Positions 1 to 8,896 of a DNA stretch of 64,000 nt are shown here, in pieces. Positions within the stretch are counted from its first letter, which is position 1. Each line of letters opens with the position of its first letter. The notes below the pieces were generated by a model. The model made no database searches. It saw only the letters and a list, made by a program, of their open reading frames with translations, and was not told the DNA's origin. The position numbers and the translations under genes were made by a program. The DNA is from Bacillota bacterium (GTDB taxonomy: Bacteria > Bacillota_I > Bacilli_A > ML615J-28 > CAG-698). Where the stretch lies: contig JAEYQM010000030.1 in NCBI GenBank assembly GCA_023410025.1, positions 6,420-70,419 of the forward strand. The letters are read 5' to 3'.

Positions 1-235
1 TTGCTTTTACTAAAACTGACTCTTCCTTTTCTAAGCCAATATAATTAATATTAGGGTTTTGTAAAGCATGAGTAGTAATAAATTTACCTTTACCCATACC
101 AATTTCAAGATAAATTGGATTTTCATTACCAAATAACTTGTTCCATTTCCCTTTATGACTTTGTGCATCAAAGATGACCAAGTCGCTTCTCTTCTCTAAT
201 CTTTCTTTAGCATTTTTTATCTTTCTTAATCGCAT
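1..235 (-). CDS. trmB: tRNA (guanine-N7)-methyltransferase TrmB, N-terminal part; the gene continues beyond the window start
   Basis: Reverse-complement translation from the ATG at 235-233 gives MRLRKIKNAKERLEKRSDLVIFDAQSHKGKWNKLFGNENPIYLEIGMGKGKF. This matches the conserved TrmB N-terminus (KGKW..FGN.NPI..EIG.GKG.F). The start lies 1 nt after the pepV stop. It is not in the ORF track because it is truncated. Confidence 0.75.
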   Translation of the reverse strand, partial: MRLRKIKNAKERLEKRSDLVIFDAQSHKGKWNKLFGNENPIYLEIGMGKGKFITTHALQNPNINYIGLEKEESVLVKA

Positions 236-236
236 C

Positions 237-1577
237 TTATTTCCCCAATTGGTATAAAGCATCAGCGTAAATTGCTGTTGATAATAAATAATCTGAGATA
301 TAGATAAATTCATTAGCTTCATGAACTACATCTTCACGACCTGGCATAAGCATACCAAAAGCAACTGCATTTTTAAGTGCTCGAGCATATGTACCTCCAC
401 CAATAGTCATTAGTTTTGAAGACGTATCATTTGTATATTTAATATATACATTGTGAAGTGTTTTAACTAATTCACTATCCTTATCAACATAATGTGGTCC
501 ACTATCTTTAATAACATTAATAGATAAACCATATTCTTCAGCTAAATTTTTAAATTTATTTATAAATTTCTTTTCATCCCAATGTCTTGGATAACGCATG
601 TTGATACCAACTTTACCACCATTTTCATCGACTTTTGCAAGAGCAACGTTAACAGTTAAGTCTCCCATTTCTTCATCAGTAAAGTTAAGACCAATTTCCT
701 TAAATCTTGTATCAATTAAATTTTCACCAACAAATTTAATTAGGGGATTTTCTACTTTATCCTTTAAGAATATTGAAAGTTTTACTAAGGCATTAACACC
801 ATTATTTGGTTCCATTGCATGAGCAGCTTTACCTCTTAATGTTAATGTATTACCTTGTTTTACACCTTTTAAACCTGTTTCTTTTAAGTATTCTTCAAAA
901 CCAGGTATTTCTTTTTTAAACATAGCAACTACTTTATCAGGAACAACATTATATCTATCACCTGATTCAATTTTTACTAAATCTTTATCAACATATTTAG
1001 AAATAATATCAATTGACATATTTCCTTTTTCACCATAGATAATTGGAAATTCTGCATCAGGTGAAAAACCAATTGTTGGCATTTCACAAACTTCTAAGTA
1101 ACGTTTAATACAACGCCAATTGCTTTCCTCATCTGTACCAATAATTAATCTAATTCTCTTATTAGGCTTAAATCCCATATCTTTTAAAATTTTCATTGCA
1201 TATAATGAACTCATTAAAGGACCCTTATCATCAAGAGCACCTCTTGCATATAATTTATCACCTTCAATAGTTCCGCTTAGAGGTTCATATTTCCAACCAT
1301 CTGTAAATGGAACAATATCTAAGTGTGCAAGTACACCAATAATTTCTTCACCTTCACCAAATTCAATATGACCAGCAATATTATCTACATTTAAAGTTTT
1401 GAATCCAAAAGATTCCCCTAATTTTAAAACATAGTCTAATGCTTCTTTTAAACCATCCCCAAATGGTGCATTCTTATTTTCAGGTTGTTCAACTAAAACC
1501 GTATTAATTTGCAACAATTTGATTAAGTCGCCTAATAGATTATCTTTATTTTTATTTACAAGTTCTAAAAAATTCAT
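237..1577 (-). CDS. pepV: M20-family dipeptidase (PepV/Sapep-like Xaa-His dipeptidase)
   Basis: A 446-aa ORF with M20 metallopeptidase motifs (HLDIVP, GALDDKG, IGTDEES, GGGTYAR). Confidence 0.8.
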   Translation of the reverse strand: MNFLELVNKNKDNLLGDLIKLLQINTVLVEQPENKNAPFGDGLKEALDYVLKLGESFGFKTLNVDNIAGHIEFGEGEEIIGVLAHLDIVPFTDGWKYEPLSGTIEGDKLYARGALDDKGPLMSSLYAMKILKDMGFKPNKRIRLIIGTDEESNWRCIKRYLEVCEMPTIGFSPDAEFPIIYGEKGNMSIDIISKYVDKDLVKIESGDRYNVVPDKVVAMFKKEIPGFEEYLKETGLKGVKQGNTLTLRGKAAHAMEPNNGVNALVKLSIFLKDKVENPLIKFVGENLIDTRFKEIGLNFTDEEMGDLTVNVALAKVDENGGKVGINMRYPRHWDEKKFINKFKNLAEEYGLSINVIKDSGPHYVDKDSELVKTLHNVYIKYTNDTSSKLMTIGGGTYARALKNAVAFGMLMPGREDVVHEANEFIYISDYLLSTAIYADALYQLGK

Positions 1578-1663
1578 ATAAACTCCTTATTTTTTTATAT
1601 ATGTATATTATACCATTTTTTAGAGAAAATACGTATATAAACATTTAAAAAAGGAGAAATTTT

Positions 1664-1870
1664 ATGGATATTAATATCAGAAGTGCTGTAATTAGCAACT
1701 TACAAAACTCTAGTAGTGATTCAATTCGTTCAACTATTGAAGACGCAATGTCTATTGGTGAAGAAAAAGTTTTACCAGGTCTTGGAGTTATGTTTGAAGT
1801 TCTTTGGAAAAAGGCGTCACCCGATCTAAAAAAAACAATTGTTTCACACATTACTGAGTCACTAAAATAA
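1664..1870 (+). CDS. sspI: small acid-soluble spore protein SspI-like
   Basis: A 68-aa ORF beginning MDINIRSAVISNL...GEEKVLPGLGVMFEVLW, resembling SspI (MDLNLR.AV.AN......GEEK.LPGLGVLFEV.W). RBS is aaaggag with a 7-nt spacer. A terminator hairpin lies directly downstream. Confidence 0.6.
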   Translation: MDINIRSAVISNLQNSSSDSIRSTIEDAMSIGEEKVLPGLGVMFEVLWKKASPDLKKTIVSHITESLK

Positions 1871-1893
1871 AAGGGCTAAATAGCCCTTTTTAT
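1869..1893. terminator. bidirectional rho-independent terminator between sspI and tkt
   Basis: The hairpin aagggcta-aa-tagccctt is flanked by A-runs and T-runs. Confidence 0.6.
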
Positions 1894-3845
1894 TATTTCA
1901 AATATCTTGTAATATCTACTTTTTCAAGTTTTAAATATTCCTCAACAATTTTATCAGCATAGTATCCAAAGTCTTGAACAACTTCAGGTCCTTTACCGCT
2001 CTTACCAAATGTTGTAATATTAAATACTTTTCCATATAAACCAGTGTATTTATATAGATGAGCTCCTTCACTCATTTCAACAGCTAAACGCTTAGTAATG
2101 TATGATGGAAGTACCTCTTCTTTATAGTTAGAACTTTGCTTATCAAATAATGTTGTTGATGGTAAAGATACTAAACGAACATTAATAGATTTTTCTTTTA
2201 ATATTCTAACTGCTTCTTTACATATTGAGACTTCAGATCCACTAGCAATAATTATTCCATCAATATCTTCTGCATCACTATATACATAACCACCTAATTG
2301 AACATTAGGATTAACTGTTATAGTTGGAACATTTTGTCTTGTAAGAACAATAACTGTTGGCGTATGCGTTGAATTTAAAGCTATCTTATATGCCTCTTTT
2401 ACTTCATTAGCATCAGCAGGTCTAATTACATTTAAATTTGGAATACTACGTAACATCGTAAGTTGTTCAATTGGTTGATGAGTTGGACCATCTTCCCCTA
2501 CTGCTACTGAGTCATGAGTAAAGATATAGATAACTGGAAGCTCCATTAAAGCTGAAAGTCTAATAGCTGGTTTCATATAGTCACTGAAAATAAAGAATCC
2601 ACTACAATATGGTCTTAATCCACCATGTAAACTTAAACCATTACAAATAGCTGCCATTGCATGTTCTCTTACACCAAACTTAACATGTCTTCCACTATAG
2701 TTATCTTTTGAAAAGACACCATCAGCACCAGTTACACCAGTTGATGAAGAAAGGTCAGCAGACCCACCAATTAACATTGGATTTACTTGTGCTAATTCCT
2801 TTAAAATTTGAGCACTACTTACACGAGTTGCTTGTGTATAATCACTACCAAATTTACTGATTTGATTATCAAAGTCAATTTCAAAATTACCTGTTAACAT
2901 TTTTTCAAATAATTCATTATTTTCAATATTTTTTAAATTTAGCCATTGATTATGAATGACTTCATTTTTCTTAATTACTTCATTATAAAAATCTTTAACT
3001 TCTTGTAATATTTCAAAAGATTCCCCACCTAAAGTTTTTCTCATTTTTTCAACTTCTTCACCGGGAATTGGTGAACCATGAACGCTTGATGTACCTTGTT
3101 TAGATGAACCTTCTCCAATAATTGTTTTAATTTCAATTAAACTAGGTTTATCAGAATTTCTTGCAAGTTCAATTGCTTTACTTATCGATTCAACATCATT
3201 ACCATTTTTAACTAATTGATAATTCCAATTTAAAGCTTCAAATTTTTCTTTATGATTTTCACTAAAACTTTCGCTAATTGGTCCATCTAGTTGAATATCA
3301 TTTGAATCAAATAAAACAATTAATTTATTTAATTTTAAATGTCCAGCAACACTAATTGCTTCATATGCAACGCCTTCTTGTAAATCACCATCGCCACACA
3401 ATACATATGTAAAGTGATCAACAAGTTTTCCAAATTTAGAATTTAAATGAGCTTCACCCATAGCCATACCAACAGCCATTGAAATTCCTTGGCCTAATGG
3501 ACCTGTTGATATATCAACACCCTTAGTAAGATGAACTTCAGGATGTCCTGGAGTAACGCTATTTAATTGACGAAAATTCTTTATATCATCTTTCGATAAA
3601 TAGTTTGTTAAGTAAAGCATAGAATATAGTAAACTAGATCCATGACCAGCTGATAATACGAAACGATCACGATTAATCCACTTTTCATCACTTGGAACAA
3701 ATTTCATAAATCTCGAAAACAATGTATGGATAATCGGCGCTGCACCTAAAGCAATACCAGGATGACCAGATTTTGCTTTATTGATAGCCTCAACTGATAA
3801 AACTCGTAAATTGGAAATAGCTAAAGCATCAACTCTTGAATTCAT
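1893..3845 (-). CDS. tkt: transketolase
   Basis: A 650-aa ORF with the ThDP-binding GDGDLQEG/HLTKG motifs and full-length similarity to Tkt. Confidence 0.95.
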   Translation of the reverse strand: MNSRVDALAISNLRVLSVEAINKAKSGHPGIALGAAPIIHTLFSRFMKFVPSDEKWINRDRFVLSAGHGSSLLYSMLYLTNYLSKDDIKNFRQLNSVTPGHPEVHLTKGVDISTGPLGQGISMAVGMAMGEAHLNSKFGKLVDHFTYVLCGDGDLQEGVAYEAISVAGHLKLNKLIVLFDSNDIQLDGPISESFSENHKEKFEALNWNYQLVKNGNDVESISKAIELARNSDKPSLIEIKTIIGEGSSKQGTSSVHGSPIPGEEVEKMRKTLGGESFEILQEVKDFYNEVIKKNEVIHNQWLNLKNIENNELFEKMLTGNFEIDFDNQISKFGSDYTQATRVSSAQILKELAQVNPMLIGGSADLSSSTGVTGADGVFSKDNYSGRHVKFGVREHAMAAICNGLSLHGGLRPYCSGFFIFSDYMKPAIRLSALMELPVIYIFTHDSVAVGEDGPTHQPIEQLTMLRSIPNLNVIRPADANEVKEAYKIALNSTHTPTVIVLTRQNVPTITVNPNVQLGGYVYSDAEDIDGIIIASGSEVSICKEAVRILKEKSINVRLVSLPSTTLFDKQSSNYKEEVLPSYITKRLAVEMSEGAHLYKYTGLYGKVFNITTFGKSGKGPEVVQDFGYYADKIVEEYLKLEKVDITRYLK

Positions 3846-3854
3846 AATATCCTC

Positions 3855-4232
3855 CTATTTAAGTAATTCTGTTATATATTTTGCTCTTTCTTGGAAAGAA
3901 GCTTTAATTATATTACCACTAATTAGAACACCGGTTGCCCCTAGTTCTTTTATTTTTAAAGGATCCGCTAATTCAACATCCTTTACCTCAACAATCACTC
4001 TACTCATTTCATTATTAACATTAACTATGTTATCTTTACCACCATAAGCTTCAAGAAAAACCATTTGTTGTTCAAAATCAATACCCTTTGATTTATTTTT
4101 ATTTTTCTTTACAACCTTTACTATTCTGGTAATAATGGCTGCAATCATAATTCCAAAAACAACTGCAAGAAATGCAATTAGTAGAATATACATTAATTTA
4201 GATCCATTTGTATCACTTAAAATTATGTTCAT
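3855..4232 (-). CDS. membrane-anchored protein with a PTS EIIB(Glc)-like domain that lacks the catalytic Cys
   Basis: An N-terminal TM helix is followed by EAYGGKDNIVNV...ADPLKIKELGATGV, which resembles EIIB-Glc. The C.TRLR phospho-cysteine motif is replaced by MSRVIV. Confidence 0.45.
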   Translation of the reverse strand: MNIILSDTNGSKLMYILLIAFLAVVFGIMIAAIITRIVKVVKKNKNKSKGIDFEQQMVFLEAYGGKDNIVNVNNEMSRVIVEVKDVELADPLKIKELGATGVLISGNIIKASFQERAKYITELLK

Positions 4233-4381
4233 AATATAACTATTCTAGACGACTAGAATCTCCTTTCTCAATTATCATTTATTTATTATAGCACATTATA
4301 TATAAAAAGTTAAGTAAAAAAGATTTAATAAATAATTGATTTTTAATCTATTTATGTTATACTAACTTAAGAGGTGTTATT

Positions 4382-5203
4382 ATGTTTTTATCAATTATTG
4401 ATTTTTTACGTTATTTGTTACTTGGATTAGTGCAAGGAATTACTGAACCGCTTCCAATATCTTCAAGTGGACATCTAATTATCTTTAAAAATATTTTTAA
4501 AGTAACTATGGAAGATGATATTAATTTTAATATTATTGTGAACTTTGCATCATTTATTGCAATTGTTATATATTACCGCAAATTTTTAATGGAAATAATT
4601 AGTGGAGCAATCAAATTTGTCTTTAAAAAACAAAGTGAATTTAAAAAAGATTTTTTATATATCCTTTTTGTTTGTATTGCTACAATTCCAGCAGGAATTG
4701 CAGGTGTGCTTTTAAAAGACATTATTGATGTTAATTTATCTACATTATTATCAGTAGGAATATGTTTATTTATAACAGGTTTATTACTTTTATTTATTCA
4801 AAAAATGTCTAATAAAGCCTTTAAGGAAGAAATAACTCTAAAAACTTCTATTTTTATGGGTTTAGCGCAAGTTATTGGTTTATTTCCGGGAATATCAAGA
4901 TCTGGTGTTACTACTTCGTTTGGAGTATTAAATAAAACTAGTGTTGAAAAAGCGTTGAGATTCTCATTTATGATGTATTTACCAATTAGTATTGGTTCTA
5001 TGATATTAGGTGTAGCCGATTTAGATTTAAATAATATCTATATTCCAGGTTATATTGTTGCATTTATTACAAGTTTAGTGGGAACATACTTTGCTTTAAA
5101 AATATTTTTTCAACTTGTAAAGAAAGATAATTTAAAATACTTTGGTTACTACTGTTTAACTATTTCTACTCTAATTTTAATATATTTAGCAATTATAAAA
5201 TAA
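4382..5203 (+). CDS. uppP: undecaprenyl-diphosphatase
   Basis: The protein carries GITEPLPISSSGHL and GISRSG, which are UppP/BacA signatures. An extended -10 TGTTATACT and a TTGATT -35 lie upstream, with RBS aagaggtg. Confidence 0.9.
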   Translation: MFLSIIDFLRYLLLGLVQGITEPLPISSSGHLIIFKNIFKVTMEDDINFNIIVNFASFIAIVIYYRKFLMEIISGAIKFVFKKQSEFKKDFLYILFVCIATIPAGIAGVLLKDIIDVNLSTLLSVGICLFITGLLLLFIQKMSNKAFKEEITLKTSIFMGLAQVIGLFPGISRSGVTTSFGVLNKTSVEKALRFSFMMYLPISIGSMILGVADLDLNNIYIPGYIVAFITSLVGTYFALKIFFQLVKKDNLKYFGYYCLTISTLILIYLAIIK

Positions 5204-5249
5204 CTGATTACCTTTTCACCCAACTATCATACTATAGTATTGATAGGGG

Positions 5250-5675
5250 GTGATTTTTATTAATTGTGATCGTAATATACCAGCTAAAAATATAGTTAAT
5301 CCAAATATAAATGGAATATATGAAATTCTCAAAAAAATCGACCAAAACCAAAAAGAGGCATTAATTGAAAATGATGTGGTGAGTTGTAATTCAAAATTGA
5401 TAACTAAAGCATTTGATACCGTTCCTTTAATTATTACTTTAGAATGTGATAATAAATTCAGTGGATATTTAGGATTAACCAGAGAGACAACAATCTACTT
5501 TAGAGTTGAAAACTTAACTCAAGAACTAGTTACTTTAAGACTATTAGATAAAAATAATAATAGGCTTATCTGTACAAGATACCTTGCAACATTAAGAATT
5601 GAAAATATTGTTGCCCTACAGTGCTTAGACCCAATAAATTGCAATGTAAATTGTGATAAAAACAATATAATTTAG
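5250..5675 (+). CDS. spore coat/exosporium protein of the CotY/CotZ family, paralog 1; the start codon is uncertain
   Basis: The protein is Cys-rich. FRVENLTQELVTLRLL and IVALQCLDPINC align to the CotZ motifs FFRVE..C..LSLL and CFCAINCL. The frame opens only at 5247. The tracked start is a GTG with an overlapping G-rich RBS, and the true start could instead be an ATT at 5253 or 5259. Confidence 0.65.
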   Translation: MIFINCDRNIPAKNIVNPNINGIYEILKKIDQNQKEALIENDVVSCNSKLITKAFDTVPLIITLECDNKFSGYLGLTRETTIYFRVENLTQELVTLRLLDKNNNRLICTRYLATLRIENIVALQCLDPINCNVNCDKNNII

Positions 5676-5687
5676 TAAGAAATTTAA

Positions 5688-5716
5688 AAAACCAAGTGGC
5701 CTTGGTTTTTTTTACT
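5688..5716 (+). terminator. rho-independent terminator after CotZ-like paralog 1
   Basis: The hairpin aaccaag-tggc-cttggtt is followed by a T8 run. Confidence 0.6.
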
Positions 5717-5785
5717 TAAATGTGCTATTATCTATACACTTATTTTTTATATACATATTATATATTGAAATCGAGGTGATTACTA

Positions 5786-6190
5786 ATGACTTGCGAAAAG
5801 GTAACTAATTACGAAAACAATTATCAAAGAGATTGTATTCTTGAAACTCTAAAACAAATCGAAAGAATGCAAAAAGAAGCATACAAAGAAACTGATTGTG
5901 TAACTTGTACTGGACCACTAATTAAGAAAGTATATGATACAAAACCAGTAACTATTACATTAAAGTGCGGAACTAAATTTACAGCATACTTAGGATTAAC
6001 AAATTGTGAAACTGACTTATTTAGAGTTGAAGAAGTCAAAAACAATTGTGTTCTATTAAGATTATTAAAACTAGAAGGTCCACAAGTAAATTGCACAAAC
6101 TATACAGCTCTAGTTGATGTAGACTGTATCTGTGCATTACAATGCTTCCCTCCAGTTAAATGTCACATTGATAAACACGATGTTTGTTAG
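5786..6190 (+). CDS. spore coat/exosporium protein of the CotY/CotZ family, paralog 2
   Basis: A 134-aa Cys-rich protein. It aligns along its length with paralog 1 and with CotZ (LFRVEEVKNNCVLLRLL, VDCICALQCF). RBS is gaggtga and the start is an ATG. Confidence 0.75.
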   Translation: MTCEKVTNYENNYQRDCILETLKQIERMQKEAYKETDCVTCTGPLIKKVYDTKPVTITLKCGTKFTAYLGLTNCETDLFRVEEVKNNCVLLRLLKLEGPQVNCTNYTALVDVDCICALQCFPPVKCHIDKHDVC

Positions 6191-6504
6191 TAAAAATTAA
6201 TTATTTCAATATCCTTAATTTCACTTAGATTATAATCAGATAGTTTTCCATCATTTGTCTTGACAGTTACCACACTATTATTAAAAGATGTTGGAAAACC
6301 GAATAAATCACCAGTATTAGTATACAGTTTACAATAAACTGGTTTATCCCTTTGATACATGGAGATTATATTATTTAATTTCTTATAGTCGGTGAAACTA
6401 GTGATTATCTTTTTTGCTCGGCTATCAAAAACAGTTTGATTGTTAGCCTGCGCATCTGTTGAAACGGAATCAATATATAAAAGTGGCCCCTTATCATCAA
6501 ACAT
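6187..6504 (-). CDS. hypothetical protein of 105 aa
   Basis: ATG start with a GGGTGA RBS. Its stop overlaps the convergent stop of cotZ paralog 2. I recognise no family. Confidence 0.35.
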   Translation of the reverse strand: MFDDKGPLLYIDSVSTDAQANNQTVFDSRAKKIITSFTDYKKLNNIISMYQRDKPVYCKLYTNTGDLFGFPTSFNNSVVTVKTNDGKLSDYNLSEIKDIEIINFY

Positions 6505-6508
6505 TAAA

Positions 6509-6547
6509 AATCACCCATTACATTTTATGTATTGGGTGGTTTTTTAG
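6509..6547. terminator. bidirectional terminator
   Basis: The hairpin caccca-N14-tgggtg carries T and A runs on both sides. It lies downstream of the minus-strand SPFH gene. Confidence 0.5.
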
Positions 6548-6554
6548 AACGTTA

Positions 6555-7523
6555 TTACTTTGTTAATAATCCGCCAATTATTGCTTCAAGTGAATCCCCA
6601 GTTACAACTTGTGGTAATTCACCATTCCATGTTTCATAAAAAACTGTTTGAAGAACAATTTGCGCAACTTCAATTTCTGTTAATGTTGGGAAAGCATCAA
6701 TATACTCAGTAATCATAGTTGCTAAAGCTCTTTTTTCAAATTCAATTTTATCAGCTTGTGCTTCAGCGGCAATTCTTACAACTTCAGCTTGAGCTTGTGC
6801 TTCAATCATTAATATTTCTTTTTGAATTTCTGCTTTTTCTCGATTAATTTCTTCAATTTCTAATTGTTGAAGAGCTTCACCCTTAGTGCGAATAATCTCT
6901 TCAATTCTTGAACCAGCATCAACATCATCTATTGAAGTTGAAACTAATGTAACATGATACCTATCAAGCATACTTGTTTTTAATTTATCAGCAAATTCAA
7001 CACGCATAATTTCAAATTCTTCTCCAAGAATTCCATAAATATCATATTTAATACTTACAGATTGTAATATTTCACGAACAAGAGAATTTAATTGCGCTCC
7101 ATCAATATCTCCAGCATTTGTTTTTCTAAAGAAACGTCCGGCGTTCTCCTTTTCAATTCTATATACAATTGTAAGAGATATATCTGCATATATACTATCT
7201 TTAGTTTGGGCAGCAAGTTCAATTACTTGTGTCTTATTTGATGTTTGAATTTTTGTTACTGTTTGGAAAGGAGTTTTAATGTGAATTCCTTCACCAAATG
7301 TTTCATCTTGAATACCACCATCTAATTGATCAAACACAATCCCAACTGAGTTTTTTTCAATAGATGTAAACATACCAAATGCAATAATTATTAACCATAA
7401 TAATCCATATAAAGGTTTTAAACCAACTTTAACCCTGTTTCTTTTAGAAGTTTGGGAAAGGCCAATATAAATACCAATACTAGTAACACATGCTAGTGCT
7501 ATAGCAACAATAATTAAAATCAT
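6555..7523 (-). CDS. SPFH/band-7 (prohibitin/flotillin-like) membrane protein
   Basis: An N-terminal TM helix, an SPFH core and an Ala/Glu/Gln-rich coiled-coil tail (EAQAQAEVVRIAAEAQADK). Confidence 0.85.
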   Translation of the reverse strand: MILIIVAIALACVTSIGIYIGLSQTSKRNRVKVGLKPLYGLLWLIIIAFGMFTSIEKNSVGIVFDQLDGGIQDETFGEGIHIKTPFQTVTKIQTSNKTQVIELAAQTKDSIYADISLTIVYRIEKENAGRFFRKTNAGDIDGAQLNSLVREILQSVSIKYDIYGILGEEFEIMRVEFADKLKTSMLDRYHVTLVSTSIDDVDAGSRIEEIIRTKGEALQQLEIEEINREKAEIQKEILMIEAQAQAEVVRIAAEAQADKIEFEKRALATMITEYIDAFPTLTEIEVAQIVLQTVFYETWNGELPQVVTGDSLEAIIGGLLTK

Positions 7524-8290
7524 TTTTTATCCCCCTCATTTTTTTCATATATTATTTTTAATCCATCAAGTAATAAGTTTTCATCATAAATAACATCATT
7601 TAAGAATGGGACAATATGTCTTGCTACTCCCCCAGTGACAATAACTAACATATCTCCATATTCTTTTTTAGCCATTTCCAGCATTCCGTTTATTGCTCCA
7701 GCTGTACCATAAACCATTCCACTTTGCATTGACGAAATTGTATCTTTACCAATAATATTATTTGGCACAGCAATTTTAGCAGACTCAAGTAGAGAGGTTG
7801 ATTTAATTAAACTTGTATATGCTGTTATTACTCCTGGATAAATAATTCCTCCAAGGAATTCTTTTTTTGAATTAACAAACGAAATAGTTGTTGCTGTACC
7901 CATATCAACAATTGCACATGGATAACCATATTTGCTACAACTTGCAACCGCACCAACTAAAAGATCTGCTCCTAGCTGTTTGGGATTATCAATACTTACT
8001 TTAATTCCCGTCTTAATACCAGGTCCAACAAATATTGGTTTTAAATTAAAATATTTTAAAAATGTTTTTTCAAATGTTGCATCTACTTCAGGAACAACGC
8101 TTGATATAACTACTCCAAGTATATCTTCTTTTTGAATATTAATATACTTTAAGTTTTCTAATATTCTAATACCATATTCGTCTTCAGTTCGTAGAACTTT
8201 TGTTTCTAATCGGAATGTATAAATAAGTGCATCTTCTTTATAAATGCCAATAACGACATTTGTATTTCCTATATCAATGCAAATTAACAT
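7520..8290 (-). CDS. coaX: type III pantothenate kinase
   Basis: The motifs ICIDIGNTN and GTATTIS, with a C-terminal VTGG, identify CoaX. The start is moved to the ATG at 8290, which has an AAGAGG RBS. The longer tracked ORF would run into the efp stop. Confidence 0.85.
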   Translation of the reverse strand: MLICIDIGNTNVVIGIYKEDALIYTFRLETKVLRTEDEYGIRILENLKYINIQKEDILGVVISSVVPEVDATFEKTFLKYFNLKPIFVGPGIKTGIKVSIDNPKQLGADLLVGAVASCSKYGYPCAIVDMGTATTISFVNSKKEFLGGIIYPGVITAYTSLIKSTSLLESAKIAVPNNIIGKDTISSMQSGMVYGTAGAINGMLEMAKKEYGDMLVIVTGGVARHIVPFLNDVIYDENLLLDGLKIIYEKNEGDKK

Positions 8291-8300
8291 CTTTTGCCTC

Positions 8301-8858
8301 TTATGCTCTTGAACTATATTTTCCGTCAAATGTTGAAACGATAATCTTATGTCCCACTTCAACAAACAAAGGAACTAAAACTCTAAGTCCTGTCTCTAAG
8401 ATTGCTTCTTTAGTAGCATTGGCTGCTGTGTTTCCTTTAACACCAGGTGCACATTCAGTAACTTCTAAAGCTACTTTTTCAGGTAATTGGATACCTAAAA
8501 TTTCTCCCTTATAATCAATAATGATAACTTCCATACCTTCTAACAAGAAATTCTTTTCGTATTCTAATCTTTCAGAAGGAAGATCAATTTGTTCATATGA
8601 TTCCATATCCATAAATGAATATGTGTCTGTTGTTGAATATAAGTATTGCATCTTTTTCTTTTCAACTGCTGCTTGTTCCATTTTTTCACCAGCATTGAAA
8701 GAAAAATCAGTAATTGAACCAGTACGTAAGTTTCGAAGTTTAGTTCTAACAAAGGCTTGACCCTTTCCTGGTTTCACATGTTGGAATTCGATAATAGAGT
8801 ATATACTATCTTGGTATTCAATGGTCATACCTGTTTTAAAATCACTAGTTGTTATCAT
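8301..8858 (-). CDS. efp: elongation factor P
   Basis: A 185-aa protein whose KPGKGQAFVRTKLRNL loop is diagnostic for EF-P. Confidence 0.95.
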   Translation of the reverse strand: MITTSDFKTGMTIEYQDSIYSIIEFQHVKPGKGQAFVRTKLRNLRTGSITDFSFNAGEKMEQAAVEKKKMQYLYSTTDTYSFMDMESYEQIDLPSERLEYEKNFLLEGMEVIIIDYKGEILGIQLPEKVALEVTECAPGVKGNTAANATKEAILETGLRVLVPLFVEVGHKIIVSTFDGKYSSRA

Positions 8859-8896
8859 AAATAATTCTCCTTAATTTTTTAATATTAGTAAATCAA

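Noticed and set aside
598-1371. Plus-strand ORFs of 74 aa and 83 aa inside pepV
   Set aside because: They lie entirely within, and antisense to, a well-supported 446-aa dipeptidase gene. They are low-complexity Ser/Leu/Ile translations typical of the reverse strand of AT-rich coding DNA.
1645-1851. 68-aa minus-strand ORF overlapping sspI
   Set aside because: It is antisense to the SspI-like ORF, which has the RBS, the family similarity and the terminator. The minus ORF has none of these.
3781-4047. 88-aa plus-strand ORF spanning the tkt start and the EIIB-like gene
   Set aside because: It overlaps two supported minus-strand genes and has no RBS.
5824-6096. 90-aa minus-strand ORF inside cotZ paralog 2
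   Set aside because: It is antisense to a gene with clear family motifs and a paralogous neighbour.
7932-8760. Several short ORFs (7932-8135 +, 8260-8514 +, 8521-8760 +, 8564-8752 -) within coaX and efp
   Set aside because: They overlap highly conserved efp and coaX coding sequence and have no independent signals.
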